From an uncultured Candidatus Saccharibacteria bacterium (lineage in GTDB: Bacteria > Patescibacteriota > CALEFQ01), in contig OZ246404.1 in NCBI GenBank assembly GCA_965230955.1, positions 1,060,024-1,124,023 of the forward strand: a stretch of DNA of 64,000 nucleotides. The letters run 5' to 3'. Positions 1 to 9,880 of the stretch are shown piece after piece. The translations under genes and the position numbers were made by a program. The notes below the pieces were generated by a model. That model worked only from the letters and a program-made list of their open reading frames with translations. It searched no databases and had not been told where the DNA came from. The stretch's first letter is position 1, and each line of letters opens with the position of its first letter.

Positions 1-120
1 AACGCCAGGCCAAAATATCCGGCGACTGTGTAGTCCAGGTTATATTTTGTAGTAGTTCTCCCATGGTTTTGATTTTAGTTAATTTTAATAAAAAACTATT
101 GTTCGTCCTCTGTAGTATAC

Positions 121-196
121 CAAGTCAAAATTCAAAGGTCAAAAGCCTAAAATTTGATTATTTAACTTTTGACTTTTTATTTTTGACCTTTGACTT
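121..196. repeat. GTCAAAAG-word palindromic hairpin (heptad words AGTCAAA/ATTCAAA/GGTCAAA and complements)
   Basis: caagtcaaaattcaaaggtcaaaag ... cttttgactttttatttttgacctttgactt. Confidence 0.7.
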
Positions 197-658
197 AAAA
201 AGAAAAACCCCCACACACCTGGCGGTGCTGGGAGCCTTTCTTGCACTGGCTTTACCCAAGGAGCAAAGCCAGTCGAAATGACTTAGAAACCGTAAGTAAA
301 ATTAATGGCGCTAACCATGACTAATCCCACGCAATACGCGCCAAACGCCAGGAAGCTGTAGAAATACATCTTTTCCATAGTGTTTTTGTTTTACCTTATC
401 TCCCCATCCTAGAGACAAAGTTGTTAAGACGTCTCTTTTTACCCACAAACCGATTGGCATCGGCCAAATAGGCTCTATCAGCTTTTTAGGCTAATAAATA
501 CAAAACGGGCTGTTCACCCGTTTTGATAATATAAGTATAGCAGATATTTTTTGGCTTGTCAATCATTATCGACCGACCATCTTATTGACTTTTTCAGAGT
601 TTCCGGATAGAATCCGTTGACTGGCTGGGGCAAAGAAGTTCATCAAGGAGGTCTGATT

Positions 659-907
659 ATGTTAAATTGGTACTTTTTTCACGATCTGGACTTTACGTCC
701 GGATTCCACGGTTGTTTGATCAAAGAGGCTTGCAATCTCGTTGACGCGTCGGTACAACTTTTGGCCGAGCATCCCGACTGGTCGACGCGGAAATTCAACG
801 TTGCCTATGGTCCGGTAGGAACGGCGCGAATCAGCACCGTTCAAAATTTTGCCATGAATGTTGAACCGAAAAAAATAATTGAAAATTCGCAGAACAAAAG
901 TATCTAA
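659..907 (+). CDS. hypothetical small protein (about 82 aa)
   Basis: ATG at 659 preceded by AGGAGG at a good spacing; ORF open to 907. No recognisable domain. An overlapping minus ORF (662-931) lacks an RBS. Confidence 0.35.
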   Translation: MLNWYFFHDLDFTSGFHGCLIKEACNLVDASVQLLAEHPDWSTRKFNVAYGPVGTARISTVQNFAMNVEPKKIIENSQNKSI

Positions 908-1008
908 ACAGCAAACCTTACCCCCTGCCATTCACTCCACAAGTCCCCTGCCCGCGCAGAGGACTTTTTTTATACTCTTCTTTCTTAAATCTTATATCTT
1001 ATCTCTTG

Positions 1009-3720
1009 CTATGCAGTCGTTGTTTTTTCTTTTCCTTTCTTTTTCGCTTTACCCTTTTCAAAGACAAATTCATTGCCAGTAATATCCACTTTGACGGTGT
1101 CACCACTGCGATACTTTCCCTCCAGTAGCAACAACGATAAAGGATTTTCTATTTTCTTTTGGATTAAGCGTTTAAGCGGGCGGGCACCAAAGAGAGGGTC
1201 AAAACCTTCCTCGGCGATTTTTTCCTTGACCCGGTCGCTCAAATCCAACTTTATCCCCTGGCCATGCAACAAGCGCTGGACATCGGCCACCAAAAGATCC
1301 ACTATTTTTTTGATATCGGCTTTGGAAAGGGCTTCAAAAATAATCACCTCATCCACGCGATTGAGAAATTCCGGGCGGAAAGTCTTTTTCAAATCTTCCA
1401 TCAACTCGGCGCGTAATTCATCTTTGGATAAAACTTTTCCTTTCGTCCCGTCTTCGAAGCCGATTTTCTTGCCGGTCGCGTCTTGAATTTTTTGCGAGCC
1501 GATATTGCTAGTGGCGATGATGATTGTGTTTTTGAAATCAACCGTGCGTCCTTTGGCATCAGTCAGCCGGCCGTCATCCAAAACTTGCAGCAAAATATTA
1601 AAAACATCCGGATGGGCTTTCTCGATTTCATCAAGCAAAATCACGCTATACGGCTTACGGCGAACTTTTTCCGTCAATTGACCCCCTTCTTCGTGCCCCA
1701 CGTAGCCGGGCGGCGAACCGGTCAGTTTCGCCACGGAATGTGATTCCATATATTCCGACATGTCGATTCGGACTATCGCTTCTTCACTGCCGAAAACCTG
1801 TTCGGCCAGCGCCTTAGCCAGTTCGGTTTTGCCGACTCCCGTCGGGCCGAGGAAAATAAACGAACCGATCGGCCGGGCCGGGTCTTTCAGTCCCGCGCGC
1901 CCGCGCCGCACCGCTTCCGCCACCGCCCGCACCGCCTCGTGCTGCCCGATCACCCGTTGGTGCAAACGATCTTCCAGTTTCAATAATTTTTCGACTTCTT
2001 CTTCCGCCAATTGCGAGACCGGAATCCCTGTCCATTCCGAAACAAGCTTTTCAATGTCGCCCGCCAGCACCGTGGGCTGGCCCGTGGCCTGATCCTTACG
2101 CCAGGTGATATCCAGTTCCCGCTGTCGATCCTGCATTTTTTTGATACTTTTAGTCAATTCCACAACTTTTTTCCGATTGCGCTGAGCCGCTTGGCGCTCT
2201 TTCTCGGCGTTGCTGATTTCCTTTTCCAGTTTTTTTAGCTCCGCTGGGGCTTCCAGTGATTGAATCCTGATTTTTGAGGCCGCTTCGTCAATCAAGTCAA
2301 TCGCCTTATCCGGTAAAAATCGATCCTTGATATAGCGCGCGGAAAGTGAAGCCGCGGCTACAATCGATTCATCGGAAATGGTTGTCTTGTGGTGCGCTTC
2401 GTATTTGTCGCGCAGTCCCCGCAAGATGGAAATAGTATCGTTGACCGTCGGCTCATCAACCAGCACCGGCTGAAAGCGTCGCTCAAACGCCGCATCTTTT
2501 TCAATATATTTTTTGTATTCGTTTAGGGTTGTCGCACCGATGGCCTGTAATTGTCCACGCGCCAAGGCCGGCTTGAGGATATTAGAGGCATCAATCGCTC
2601 CTTCCGATCCGCCCGCCCCGACAATAGTATGTAATTCATCGATAAATAAAATAATCTTGCCCTGGGCAGCTTCTATTTCTTCCAGTGATTTCTTGAGCCG
2701 TTTTTCAAATTCACCGCGATATTTGGTCCCGGCCACCATGCCGGAAATATCCAACGCAACCACCCTTTTGTCTTTAAGTGTTTCCGGAACACTATTGGTA
2801 ATAATCCGCTGAGCCAAACCTTCGGCAATCGCCGTTTTGCCAACCCCGGGCTCACCGATCAAGACAGGATTGTTTTTCGTCCGCCGGGACAAGACCTGAA
2901 TCACCCGCGCGACCTCTTTTTCGCGCCCGATCACCGGATCAAGCTTTCCTTCTTTGGCCATATCCGTCAGATCCCGGCTATATTTATCCAGGGTCGGTGT
3001 TTGACTAGCGACCTTTTGTCCCGCTACTTCTTTCTTGCCAAAACCAACCGCCCCGGCCACGGCTTTGCGCGCTTTGTCCATCGTGACCCCGTATTTTTGC
3101 AAAATCTGAGCGGCCATCCCTTCTTCTTCGGCCAGTAAGCCCATCAAGATATGCTCGGAACCAATATACTGATGACCCATCTCGCGCGAAATACGAAATG
3201 CCAGCTCAAAAACTTTTTTGGCCCGCGGAGTAAAATCCACCATCGGCGCTTTTTCTTCTTCCGATTCTTCTTCCTCCGCCCGAGGAGTTTGGGGCATATT
3301 TTCTTCCAAATAACCCTGTAATTCAGCGGTTTTAATACCCAATTTGGCCAGTAGTTTCTGGCCCATTTCTTCATCTTCGCTTATTCCCCACAATAAATGC
3401 TCCGTATCCACCGTATTGGCTCCCATTTCATGAGCTTTCTGCGCCGCGCTGGAAACAACCTTTTTAGCGCGTTCGGAAAAATAATCCACCAAATTTATTT
3501 CCTGCCGAGGACGATAACTCTGGCCGAGCGAATCGCCGAAAAAAGGATCGCCGCCGGTTTGTCCGCCGAAAAAATTATCAAACAGCGAGCGGGCGCCGCC
3601 CCCGAAAACATTGCGCTCCTGGGCGCAGGTATAACATAAATTAACCTCGCTGGGACGGCCGTTACGAGTTTGTCTTATTTTGACGGTCGCGGGTCGAGAC
3701 CCGCAAGATTGGCATAACAT
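1009..3720 (-). CDS. clpE: Clp protease ATP-binding subunit, ClpC/ClpE family, with N-terminal C4 zinc ribbon
   Basis: Two Walker A P-loops ([13 protein letters not shown] and [13 protein letters not shown]) and a ClpP-docking KKIGFEDG loop. N-terminus MLCQSCGS...NLCYTCAQ has CxxC-N21-CxxC spacing, as in ClpE. The first ATG is at 3720; the ORF-track start at 3729 is TTG. Confidence 0.85.
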   Translation of the reverse strand: MLCQSCGSRPATVKIRQTRNGRPSEVNLCYTCAQERNVFGGGARSLFDNFFGGQTGGDPFFGDSLGQSYRPRQEINLVDYFSERAKKVVSSAAQKAHEMGANTVDTEHLLWGISEDEEMGQKLLAKLGIKTAELQGYLEENMPQTPRAEEEESEEEKAPMVDFTPRAKKVFELAFRISREMGHQYIGSEHILMGLLAEEEGMAAQILQKYGVTMDKARKAVAGAVGFGKKEVAGQKVASQTPTLDKYSRDLTDMAKEGKLDPVIGREKEVARVIQVLSRRTKNNPVLIGEPGVGKTAIAEGLAQRIITNSVPETLKDKRVVALDISGMVAGTKYRGEFEKRLKKSLEEIEAAQGKIILFIDELHTIVGAGGSEGAIDASNILKPALARGQLQAIGATTLNEYKKYIEKDAAFERRFQPVLVDEPTVNDTISILRGLRDKYEAHHKTTISDESIVAAASLSARYIKDRFLPDKAIDLIDEAASKIRIQSLEAPAELKKLEKEISNAEKERQAAQRNRKKVVELTKSIKKMQDRQRELDITWRKDQATGQPTVLAGDIEKLVSEWTGIPVSQLAEEEVEKLLKLEDRLHQRVIGQHEAVRAVAEAVRRGRAGLKDPARPIGSFIFLGPTGVGKTELAKALAEQVFGSEEAIVRIDMSEYMESHSVAKLTGSPPGYVGHEEGGQLTEKVRRKPYSVILLDEIEKAHPDVFNILLQVLDDGRLTDAKGRTVDFKNTIIIATSNIGSQKIQDATGKKIGFEDGTKGKVLSKDELRAELMEDLKKTFRPEFLNRVDEVIIFEALSKADIKKIVDLLVADVQRLLHGQGIKLDLSDRVKEKIAEEGFDPLFGARPLKRLIQKKIENPLSLLLLEGKYRSGDTVKVDITGNEFVFEKGKAKKKGKEKTTTA

Positions 3721-3727
3721 AAAAAAC

Positions 3728-3806
3728 AAGAATTAAGATATAAGATGTAAGATATAAGAAAGTTGTTTCAGTCTTAAATCTTATATCTTACTTCTTATTT
3801 CTTATT
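3728..3806. repeat. imperfect palindrome built from TAAGATATAAGA words, in the clpE leader between CIRCE and the start codon
   Basis: Left arm aagaattaagatataagatgtaagatataagaaag; right arm cttaaatcttatatcttacttcttatttcttatt (its reverse complement shares the taagatataagat core). Confidence 0.7.
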
Positions 3807-3831
3807 AGCACTCAATGAGCACGAGTGCTAA
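3805..3831. promoter_or_regulatory. CIRCE (HrcA operator) perfect inverted repeat TTAGCACTC-N9-GAGTGCTAA
   Basis: Exact match to the CIRCE consensus read directly in the sequence. It lies immediately downstream of a minus-strand -10 box, in the clpE leader. Confidence 0.8.
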
Positions 3832-3835
3832 TTCC

Positions 3836-3864
3836 AATATATGGTGTTCTTTTCTTTTTGTCAA
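3836..3864 (-). promoter_or_regulatory. sigma70-like promoter for clpE (TTGACA-17nt-TATATT on the minus strand)
   Basis: The reverse complement shows TTGACA, a 17-nt spacer and TATATT, followed 5 nt later by CIRCE. This is the classic promoter-CIRCE arrangement. Confidence 0.5.
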
Positions 3865-3949
3865 ATAAACAAACCGGTTGACTCCAGTCCTGCTTTAGAT
3901 AATAATACCATGTTGGGAAAAACATCTTTTCCCCTGAAAGGAGGCATAT

Positions 3950-4348
3950 ATGGAAGACTCTATCCGATTAAGCTTGCCGGATTGCTTGGCTATTTGCGAG
4001 CGATTAAAACAGCTTTATTCCCAAGCAACGGTCATCCGACAACCGAGCGGCCGAGATATCGATTTTCTGATAAAAATCTGGGTCGGTTTAAGAGCCGAAC
4101 TGGGTCTGGAAGAAGAAAAAGTAGATTCTCATGACGGCCACAATTACATGGCAAAGCTGGAACTGATCCGCGAAGACTGGTATAAGCACCGAGAAGAGGA
4201 AACTTCACTGATACTGCGGCGATATATCCTGATTCACTATTCTGAGAAAGATGACAAAATAGAACTGATAGCCAATCTCCTACTGGATCATCTTAGGGAG
4301 CTCGTCGGGAAAATCACCAAATTACAACTGGGACCGGATTGGACTTGA
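3950..4348 (+). CDS. hypothetical protein (132 aa)
   Basis: AGGAGG RBS 7 nt upstream of ATG 3950. No recognisable domain. Confidence 0.45.
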   Translation: MEDSIRLSLPDCLAICERLKQLYSQATVIRQPSGRDIDFLIKIWVGLRAELGLEEEKVDSHDGHNYMAKLELIREDWYKHREEETSLILRRYILIHYSEKDDKIELIANLLLDHLRELVGKITKLQLGPDWT

Positions 4349-4526
4349 TCCGTTCAAGGAAATCGCCAAACAGCAGCAGTGGTTGAAAACGGCAGGGAGA
4401 CCATCTTCGTATCGCATTCTCAATCAACAGGCACCCTGCGGCGCCTGTTTTTATTTTTGCAGACAAAAAAAGGGATGGAACATAGTTCCACCCCAGACAG
4501 GCGCACTCATTTTAGGACTCAACGAC

Positions 4527-4820
4527 CTAAGTTTTTTCCACCAAACGGATCCGGAATATAACTCGACCGGCTTCGATTTCCCAGGCATCGGATTTCAGGT
4601 CGAAATCCGGCAGGCGAACGGATAGAGCTTGAGAAATTCCGGCAGACACCAGACCGTGATAATACGGCCAGCACTTCCGGTAAATCAGCTCGTCGGGAAT
4701 CAGTCGGATGACAATTACCGTTTGACCAGCCAATAGCTTTTGGGAAAGCAGACGCTTCCAAACGTAATCCAGATCAATCTTCGCCGGTATGCACTGTAAA
4801 TCGAAATTGATAATATTCAC
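4527..4820 (-). CDS. hypothetical protein (97 aa), second gene of the coupled pair
   Basis: Start overlaps the upstream stop by 4 nt. No recognisable domain. Confidence 0.4.
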   Translation of the reverse strand: MNIINFDLQCIPAKIDLDYVWKRLLSQKLLAGQTVIVIRLIPDELIYRKCWPYYHGLVSAGISQALSVRLPDFDLKSDAWEIEAGRVIFRIRLVEKT

Positions 4821-5152
4821 ACCTTCCCTCCCTTCTCGTTAATCTGACAAGTGAAAATATAGCGCCCTATCTCAGTCGACAAATCGGCTTTGGCCAGAAA
4901 AAAATCTCCTAAAAGAAAAATCCAGAGGCTCAATTCGATGAATATTTCTTGCCGGACCAAAGCCTTCACATAATCCTGTGTCGGAACGTTATTATAGAAT
5001 CTCTCATCGTAGTTTTCGAGAGAAATCCGTAATTGATCGCCCGACTTGATTGCCAGCCCCGATAACGATTCCAAAGTTTCTCGACCGCTTAACAGCCCCG
5101 GCGGGCAATCAAACTCTAATACCCAAACTTGGTATGATTGAACCGAAAGCAT
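4817..5152 (-). CDS. hypothetical protein (111 aa), first gene of a translationally coupled pair
   Basis: Internal ATG at 5152 is preceded by AGGAGGG. The ORF-track start at 5209 lacks an RBS. The stop overlaps the next start (ATGA). Confidence 0.4.
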   Translation of the reverse strand: MLSVQSYQVWVLEFDCPPGLLSGRETLESLSGLAIKSGDQLRISLENYDERFYNNVPTQDYVKALVRQEIFIELSLWIFLLGDFFLAKADLSTEIGRYIFTCQINEKGGKV

Positions 5153-5305
5153 CACTCCCTCCTTTGGAAAAGTACATATATTTCTACTATAGCTAATAAG
5201 AAAAAGCAAGGGCGGACCAGACTCCTATGGCTTTACTGATCAAGCAAAATAGTACAAAAAAGCGGGAGCAATCGACTCCCGCTTCTCTATCTTGATTAGA
5301 GTTAT

Positions 5306-5758
5306 TTACATCCCGGCTTTGACCTGGATCTTTCGCGCCTTAGCTTTGCGTGATTTAGGCAATTTAACCGTCAAAACACCGTCTTTTAAAGTCGCCTCAA
5401 TTTTATCCGCCTCCACTTCCATCGGTAGAATAACTGACCGAGAAAAAGCGCCCCAGTAGCATTCCTGGTAGAAATAGTCATCTTCTTTAACGGTTTCTTC
5501 CTTACGACGCTCGCCTTTGATCGTCAACATGTCATTATTGATGGAAATGTCGAGGTCTTCTGGCCTGACTCCAGCAATTGTAGACTTGATTACAATATTA
5601 TCCGCGTCTTGGAATACATCCAAAGTCAGCTGTCCCTCGGTTTCGTCCTGGCTTTCAAGCCAATCTTCTTTTTTTTCGGACGAGGACGCTACAGCTTTCG
5701 GAATGATTTTCTTTTCTTCGGTCATAGTTTTTTCATCCTTTGTTTTTTTACCAAACAT
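5306..5758 (-). CDS. Hsp20/alpha-crystallin family small heat-shock protein
   Basis: Alpha-crystallin domain pattern (LTLDVF...DMLTIKGERRKEE...GAFSRSVILP...DGVLTVKLPK). Confidence 0.85.
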   Translation of the reverse strand: MFGKKTKDEKTMTEEKKIIPKAVASSSEKKEDWLESQDETEGQLTLDVFQDADNIVIKSTIAGVRPEDLDISINNDMLTIKGERRKEETVKEDDYFYQECYWGAFSRSVILPMEVEADKIEATLKDGVLTVKLPKSRKAKARKIQVKAGM

Positions 5759-5771
5759 AAATTTGATTCAA

Positions 5772-5842
5772 TTAACAAGTAACATGTAACAAATGACCTC
5801 CCGGAAAGTGTCTTTCTGTTTTGTTATCTGTTACTTGTTACC
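5772..5842. repeat. inverted repeat TAACAAGTAACA ... TGTTACTTGTTA (about 20-bp arms, 22-nt spacer) upstream of hsp20
   Basis: Arms read directly in the sequence, with 2 mismatches in 20. Candidate operator. Confidence 0.6.
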
Positions 5843-5925
5843 TGATCTTATTCGCTACTATTATACACTCTCTTTCCCGCGCCTTCAACGGGCTAAGACT
5901 GTGGATTAGTCGCGAAGAACACGCC

Positions 5926-6606
5926 TCAAACCTCCACCCGGCGCATTTTCTTGATGCCGATGGCCAGAATAACGTAAACAACCGCCAACAAAATTATAAT
6001 TAAGGGGATGGTCAGTTCGGAATCAAGCGTGATCACAAAATTGTACAGACCGTGAACAAAAATAGCACACAATAATCCAGCCGCTATTAACCAGCCCTGT
6101 TGCCGCGGTTTGAATTTTGCCAAACCCAGGAAATAGCCCATTAATCCGGAAGCGGTGGCGTGCAGCAAAGTAGCGGTGATCGCCCGGGCTAGCACGACAT
6201 TCTCACCGGACCCAATCGCCGCTAAGACGTTTTCCAGGGTGGCAAAACCAAGTCCGGCGGCGATGCCATAAATCACTCCGTCGATTTTTTCATCAAAAAC
6301 AGGCTCGTTGAAAACCGTTCGCCGAACAATCAAAAATTTCAGAATCTCTTCCACCGGCGCCACCACGGCAAAAGTCGAGATACAAATATAAGCCAGCGAA
6401 GCCACATCCAAATAATTCTGAAGCAGTGAATCGGCCAGGAGTTCAATCACGATCGCCGGAATAGTGGCCAGCATGCCCCAGACAAATACTTTCAGTACCC
6501 ATTTCAAAGGCTCGGGATGTAAATCTTTTTTATAATAAAACCAGAGCCAGAATAGTCCCGGGAGAAAACCGATGAAGATATACCAAATTATATTGATGAA
6601 AGACAT
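5926..6606 (-). CDS. PrsW-family intramembrane metalloprotease-like membrane protein
   Basis: Polytopic membrane protein carrying the EExxK (PVEEILKF), FATLEN, HATASG and HGLYNF motifs typical of PrsW. Confidence 0.65.
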   Translation of the reverse strand: MSFINIIWYIFIGFLPGLFWLWFYYKKDLHPEPLKWVLKVFVWGMLATIPAIVIELLADSLLQNYLDVASLAYICISTFAVVAPVEEILKFLIVRRTVFNEPVFDEKIDGVIYGIAAGLGFATLENVLAAIGSGENVVLARAITATLLHATASGLMGYFLGLAKFKPRQQGWLIAAGLLCAIFVHGLYNFVITLDSELTIPLIIILLAVVYVILAIGIKKMRRVEV

Positions 6607-6613
6607 GCCAACC

Positions 6614-6690
6614 GAGTCAAAAGTAAAAAGTAAAAAGTCAAAAGTGCGATTACCGATACTTCTGACTTTTGATTTTTGACCTTTGACTTA
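6614..6690. repeat. GTCAAAAG-word palindromic hairpin between the response regulator and prsW-like gene
   Basis: Left arm gagtcaaaagtaaaaagtaaaaagtcaaaagtgcg; right arm cttctgacttttgatttttgacctttgactta. Confidence 0.7.
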
Positions 6691-7062
6691 TTTAAGCACT
6701 TTTCTCACTTTTGCCACCACTTCATTGGGCGTGAAATTGGCTTTGACCAAATAATCCGCCGCGCCCAATTCCACCCCTTTCTTGATATCGCTTTCCTGGC
6801 TTAGATTTGTCAGTAAAATGACCGGAATAGCCTTAGTCGCCGGATCATTTTTCAGGGAGCGGAGCACTTGAAAGCCGTCCAACTCGGGCATGACGATATC
6901 AAGAAGAATGATAATCGGTTTTTCCTGTTTAACCAATTCCAGGGCATCAATCCCGTTTTCCGCCTTGAGCACTTCGAAACCTTCCATCTTAAACTTGGTC
7001 TCATACATTTCGATTAGATCTCGATCATCTTCAACGAGCAAAACTTTTTTAGAGGTAGACAT
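6688..7062 (-). CDS. single-domain response regulator (CheY-like receiver)
   Basis: Receiver-domain motifs: LLVEDD, phospho-acceptor Asp in ILLDIVMPELDG, and the conserved T and K. Confidence 0.85.
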   Translation of the reverse strand: MSTSKKVLLVEDDRDLIEMYETKFKMEGFEVLKAENGIDALELVKQEKPIIILLDIVMPELDGFQVLRSLKNDPATKAIPVILLTNLSQESDIKKGVELGAADYLVKANFTPNEVVAKVRKVLK

Positions 7063-7067
7063 GGGTT

Positions 7068-7140
7068 TTTATCTTTAGTCTTTAGTCTTTGGTCTTTAGA
7101 AACCGAAAGCTCGCGCTAAAGACAAAAGATCAACGACTAG
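7068..7140. repeat. TCTTTAG-word imperfect palindrome between the HK and RR genes
   Basis: tctttagtctttagtctttggtctttag ... ctaaagacaaaag. Confidence 0.55.
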
Positions 7141-7151
7141 CGACTATTATA

Positions 7152-8753
7152 TCACGCATACGGTACCGTGAACCAGAAAGTGCTCCCCCGCCCGACACCG
7201 TCACTCCGGACACCGACAGTTCCGCCATGCATCTCGATCAATTGTTTGACGACATAAAGCCCCAGACCGGAACCGGAAGTATAGGCTTTATAAACATCGT
7301 GCCCGCGAGAAAATTTCTTGAACAAACGAGGGATATCGGACGGATCAATACCGATCCCAGTGTCGACCACGCGAACTTCCAGCATTGCCGATTTCGGCTG
7401 TAAGGAGATTGTGACATTCCCGTGAGGCGTATATTTGACGGCATTATCAACCAGATTGTTCAGAACCTCATGGATGATTTTATCATCGACCTTGACCGGC
7501 CGGCTCGGGCGGCCCGGAGATTTAAAAACAAGACTGATTTGACGCGCCCGCGCTTCCGGACCGATCTCGCCCAGGACATCATTGATCACCGACTCCAATT
7601 GCAGCGGCCGTGGATGAAACTGAATATGACCGCTTTCAATCCGCGAGATATTCAACATATTGTTGACCAAAGCGATCAAACGCTCATTACTGTTATAAAC
7701 CCGGGTCAACACTTTTCCCACCGGATCGGAAACAGCCCCATAATCGCCATCCACCACCATCGAAAGATAACCCTTGATTGCGCTTAACGGCGTCCTTAAT
7801 TGATGCGAAGCGATGGAAATAAATTCCGATTTGGCTTGATCTAATTTGGTCAGTTTGGCATTGGCTTCTTCCAGTTTTTCCCGTAATTGTATTTCCCGGG
7901 AGACGCTCCGAATCAAGGAATATCCGAAAAACAGGAAAATCGCCAGGATGACAATTTTGATAATCTGCACCGGAAATTCATTCGGCAGAACAACAGCATC
8001 CAAGAACAAAAATACGGCAATAATAACCACCAACAAGGCAGTCAAAACTATGCGGATGCCAAACAAATTGCGCCTGACAATAGCATAGGCCGTAAATCCG
8101 AGAAGAAAGATGATTGAATAATTTCCGACCTGGTAGTACTGGATCTGGCCTTGAAACAACGGCAGAATGACGTTAAAAACGACATTAAAAGCGACCATAA
8201 TTGCCAAGCCGATCAAAAAATAGGAAAGCTTGGTTTTTTCCTGCGAAGGCAGAGTCAAATATTTCTTGATAAAATTTACCAGAAATAAAAGTGCCAGAAT
8301 AATCACCGACCCGTAAAACAAATTTCCCAGCGGGCCGAAGACCGGTCCCGTTCCCCAATCTTCAATATAAACACCGGCGATCAGAAGATCGGAAAATAGA
8401 GAAAGAGAAAACATTGAACACCCCAATATCACCGCCACCACATTAGCGACTCCCAGATATTTAGTCCGGGGAGATTCGATCGGAAAATAAACGGAAAAAA
8501 GATACATCCCGACTAATGAGGCCGAAATCGAAGCAAAGGAAAGCCGGATCAACCACAGGATAGTATTGGCATCCGTGAAAACGTCGGATAAATAAGCGAA
8601 TGATATCCAGCCAATAAACGCCAAAGTCAAAACCAGAAAAATTTTATTTACCAAAGACTTTTTGTTGGCAAAATATACCCAAAAACCCAGCACCAGACTC
8701 AGTAGGCTGATCAAAATCACAAACAAACGATTGATTAAATCAAGTGTTTCCAT
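7152..8753 (-). CDS. sensor histidine kinase with polytopic N-terminal membrane domain
   Basis: About 8 TM helices, then a HisKA H-box (ASHQLRTPL) and HATPase_c N, G1 and G2 boxes (NLVDNAVKYT, DTGIGI, GSGLGL). Confidence 0.85.
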   Translation of the reverse strand: METLDLINRLFVILISLLSLVLGFWVYFANKKSLVNKIFLVLTLAFIGWISFAYLSDVFTDANTILWLIRLSFASISASLVGMYLFSVYFPIESPRTKYLGVANVVAVILGCSMFSLSLFSDLLIAGVYIEDWGTGPVFGPLGNLFYGSVIILALLFLVNFIKKYLTLPSQEKTKLSYFLIGLAIMVAFNVVFNVILPLFQGQIQYYQVGNYSIIFLLGFTAYAIVRRNLFGIRIVLTALLVVIIAVFLFLDAVVLPNEFPVQIIKIVILAIFLFFGYSLIRSVSREIQLREKLEEANAKLTKLDQAKSEFISIASHQLRTPLSAIKGYLSMVVDGDYGAVSDPVGKVLTRVYNSNERLIALVNNMLNISRIESGHIQFHPRPLQLESVINDVLGEIGPEARARQISLVFKSPGRPSRPVKVDDKIIHEVLNNLVDNAVKYTPHGNVTISLQPKSAMLEVRVVDTGIGIDPSDIPRLFKKFSRGHDVYKAYTSGSGLGLYVVKQLIEMHGGTVGVRSDGVGRGSTFWFTVPYA

Positions 8754-9609
8754 ATATATAATATCCCATCATAACAAAAACCGACCAAAGAATGAATTCG
8801 CCGTCAATCAAGACGTTGTAAGTAAATGAATTGGGTTTTTCCTGCCGGACTCTTTTCAAGTAATAAAAAGCGTAAGGGACGGTAAATAGCAGGATGAGAG
8901 AGGCCGGGGGCAGAATCTTAAAGCAAACACCGAGAACGACCGGCAAAATAGAGACAATCGTCACCGCCTTCAAGAAAACTAACAGTTTTTCTTTGCCCAG
9001 AACTACCGCCAAAGTACGCAATTTTTTCCGCTGATCATCCGCCAGGTCTTTTACGTCAAAGACCGTCGTGTTGACCATCCACCTTAAAAAAACAAAGACG
9101 GTCAGCAAAATTACCGGCCAGGATAACGGCTGGTCATAATACAAAATTAAAAAAACGACCAAGGTCGACCAGCAGACAGAAACAAATATTCCTTTGAAAC
9201 CAGGAACTCGGCCGGTAATTTTTTTCAGCGAGATGCTGTAGAGGAATCCGAGCGATACGGTAAAAGAACTGAAGATCAGCGCCGGAATTTTACCGAAGTA
9301 TATCAAAATGGCAAAAAAGATGAGCAGGCAGAAGAAAACCGCCCAAGGAATTTTGGCATAAGACCCGTTCAAATGGCGAGTTCTTTCCGGATTGGTCAAA
9401 TAATCCCCGGGGAATTCTTTATACCGATTAAATAAATAAATCGCTTGAAACGCCAGATAAATGATCAGAAAAAAACCTGGCGTAGCTTGAATCCCCAGCA
9501 AGACCGAGGCGACAAAAGCGATACTGACTCCGCCCAGCGACAGTAAATGGCCGCCATAAACAAACTCGTCCCCAATATAAATCAGATACTGTTTTATTTT
9601 TGTTTTCAT
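8740..9609 (-). CDS. UbiA-family prenyltransferase-like membrane protein
   Basis: Polytopic, with Asp-rich motifs (NRYKEFPGD; DVKDLADD) like UbiA. It overlaps the HK start by 14 nt, so they are probably one operon. Confidence 0.5.
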   Translation of the reverse strand: MKTKIKQYLIYIGDEFVYGGHLLSLGGVSIAFVASVLLGIQATPGFFLIIYLAFQAIYLFNRYKEFPGDYLTNPERTRHLNGSYAKIPWAVFFCLLIFFAILIYFGKIPALIFSSFTVSLGFLYSISLKKITGRVPGFKGIFVSVCWSTLVVFLILYYDQPLSWPVILLTVFVFLRWMVNTTVFDVKDLADDQRKKLRTLAVVLGKEKLLVFLKAVTIVSILPVVLGVCFKILPPASLILLFTVPYAFYYLKRVRQEKPNSFTYNVLIDGEFILWSVFVMMGYYIYGNT

Positions 9610-9880
9610 TTTTTATCTGCACCGAACAAGTTGTCACCCAAATAGAAACAGGTCAAAAAAATAATGAAATTACATGAAAAGTATTACCGATTATCTTTCC
9701 GGAAGATCGTTGCTTGACCATCTGAAAACCATTGACATTATACCATATCCTACTTATTGTTAGATGAACTACTCTTATCGCTACGGGCGCAATAATAAGC
9801 CATAAAAAACCCCTCCCTGGCTCGAAATTACCTCAAGCCTGCTAAAAATACTGGTGCTTAGCAGGACCAAGGAGAAGCTT

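Noticed and set aside
63-281. 72-aa plus-strand ORF
   Set aside because: It runs straight through the GTCAAAAG palindrome arms, has low-complexity translation and has no RBS. It is an artefact of the repeat.
281-377. 32-aa hydrophobic minus-strand ORF (MEKMYFYSFLAFGAYCVGLVMVSAINFTYGF)
   Set aside because: No convincing RBS, and it sits in a repeat-rich contig-edge region. Too weak to call.
662-931. 89-aa minus-strand ORF overlapping the 659-907 plus ORF
   Set aside because: No RBS, whereas the plus-strand ORF has AGGAGG at an ideal spacing. Both remain low confidence.
1073-3639. Several ORFs of 60-140 aa on the plus strand or out of frame inside clpE
   Set aside because: Antisense or shadow ORFs inside a confidently identified 900-aa AAA+ gene.
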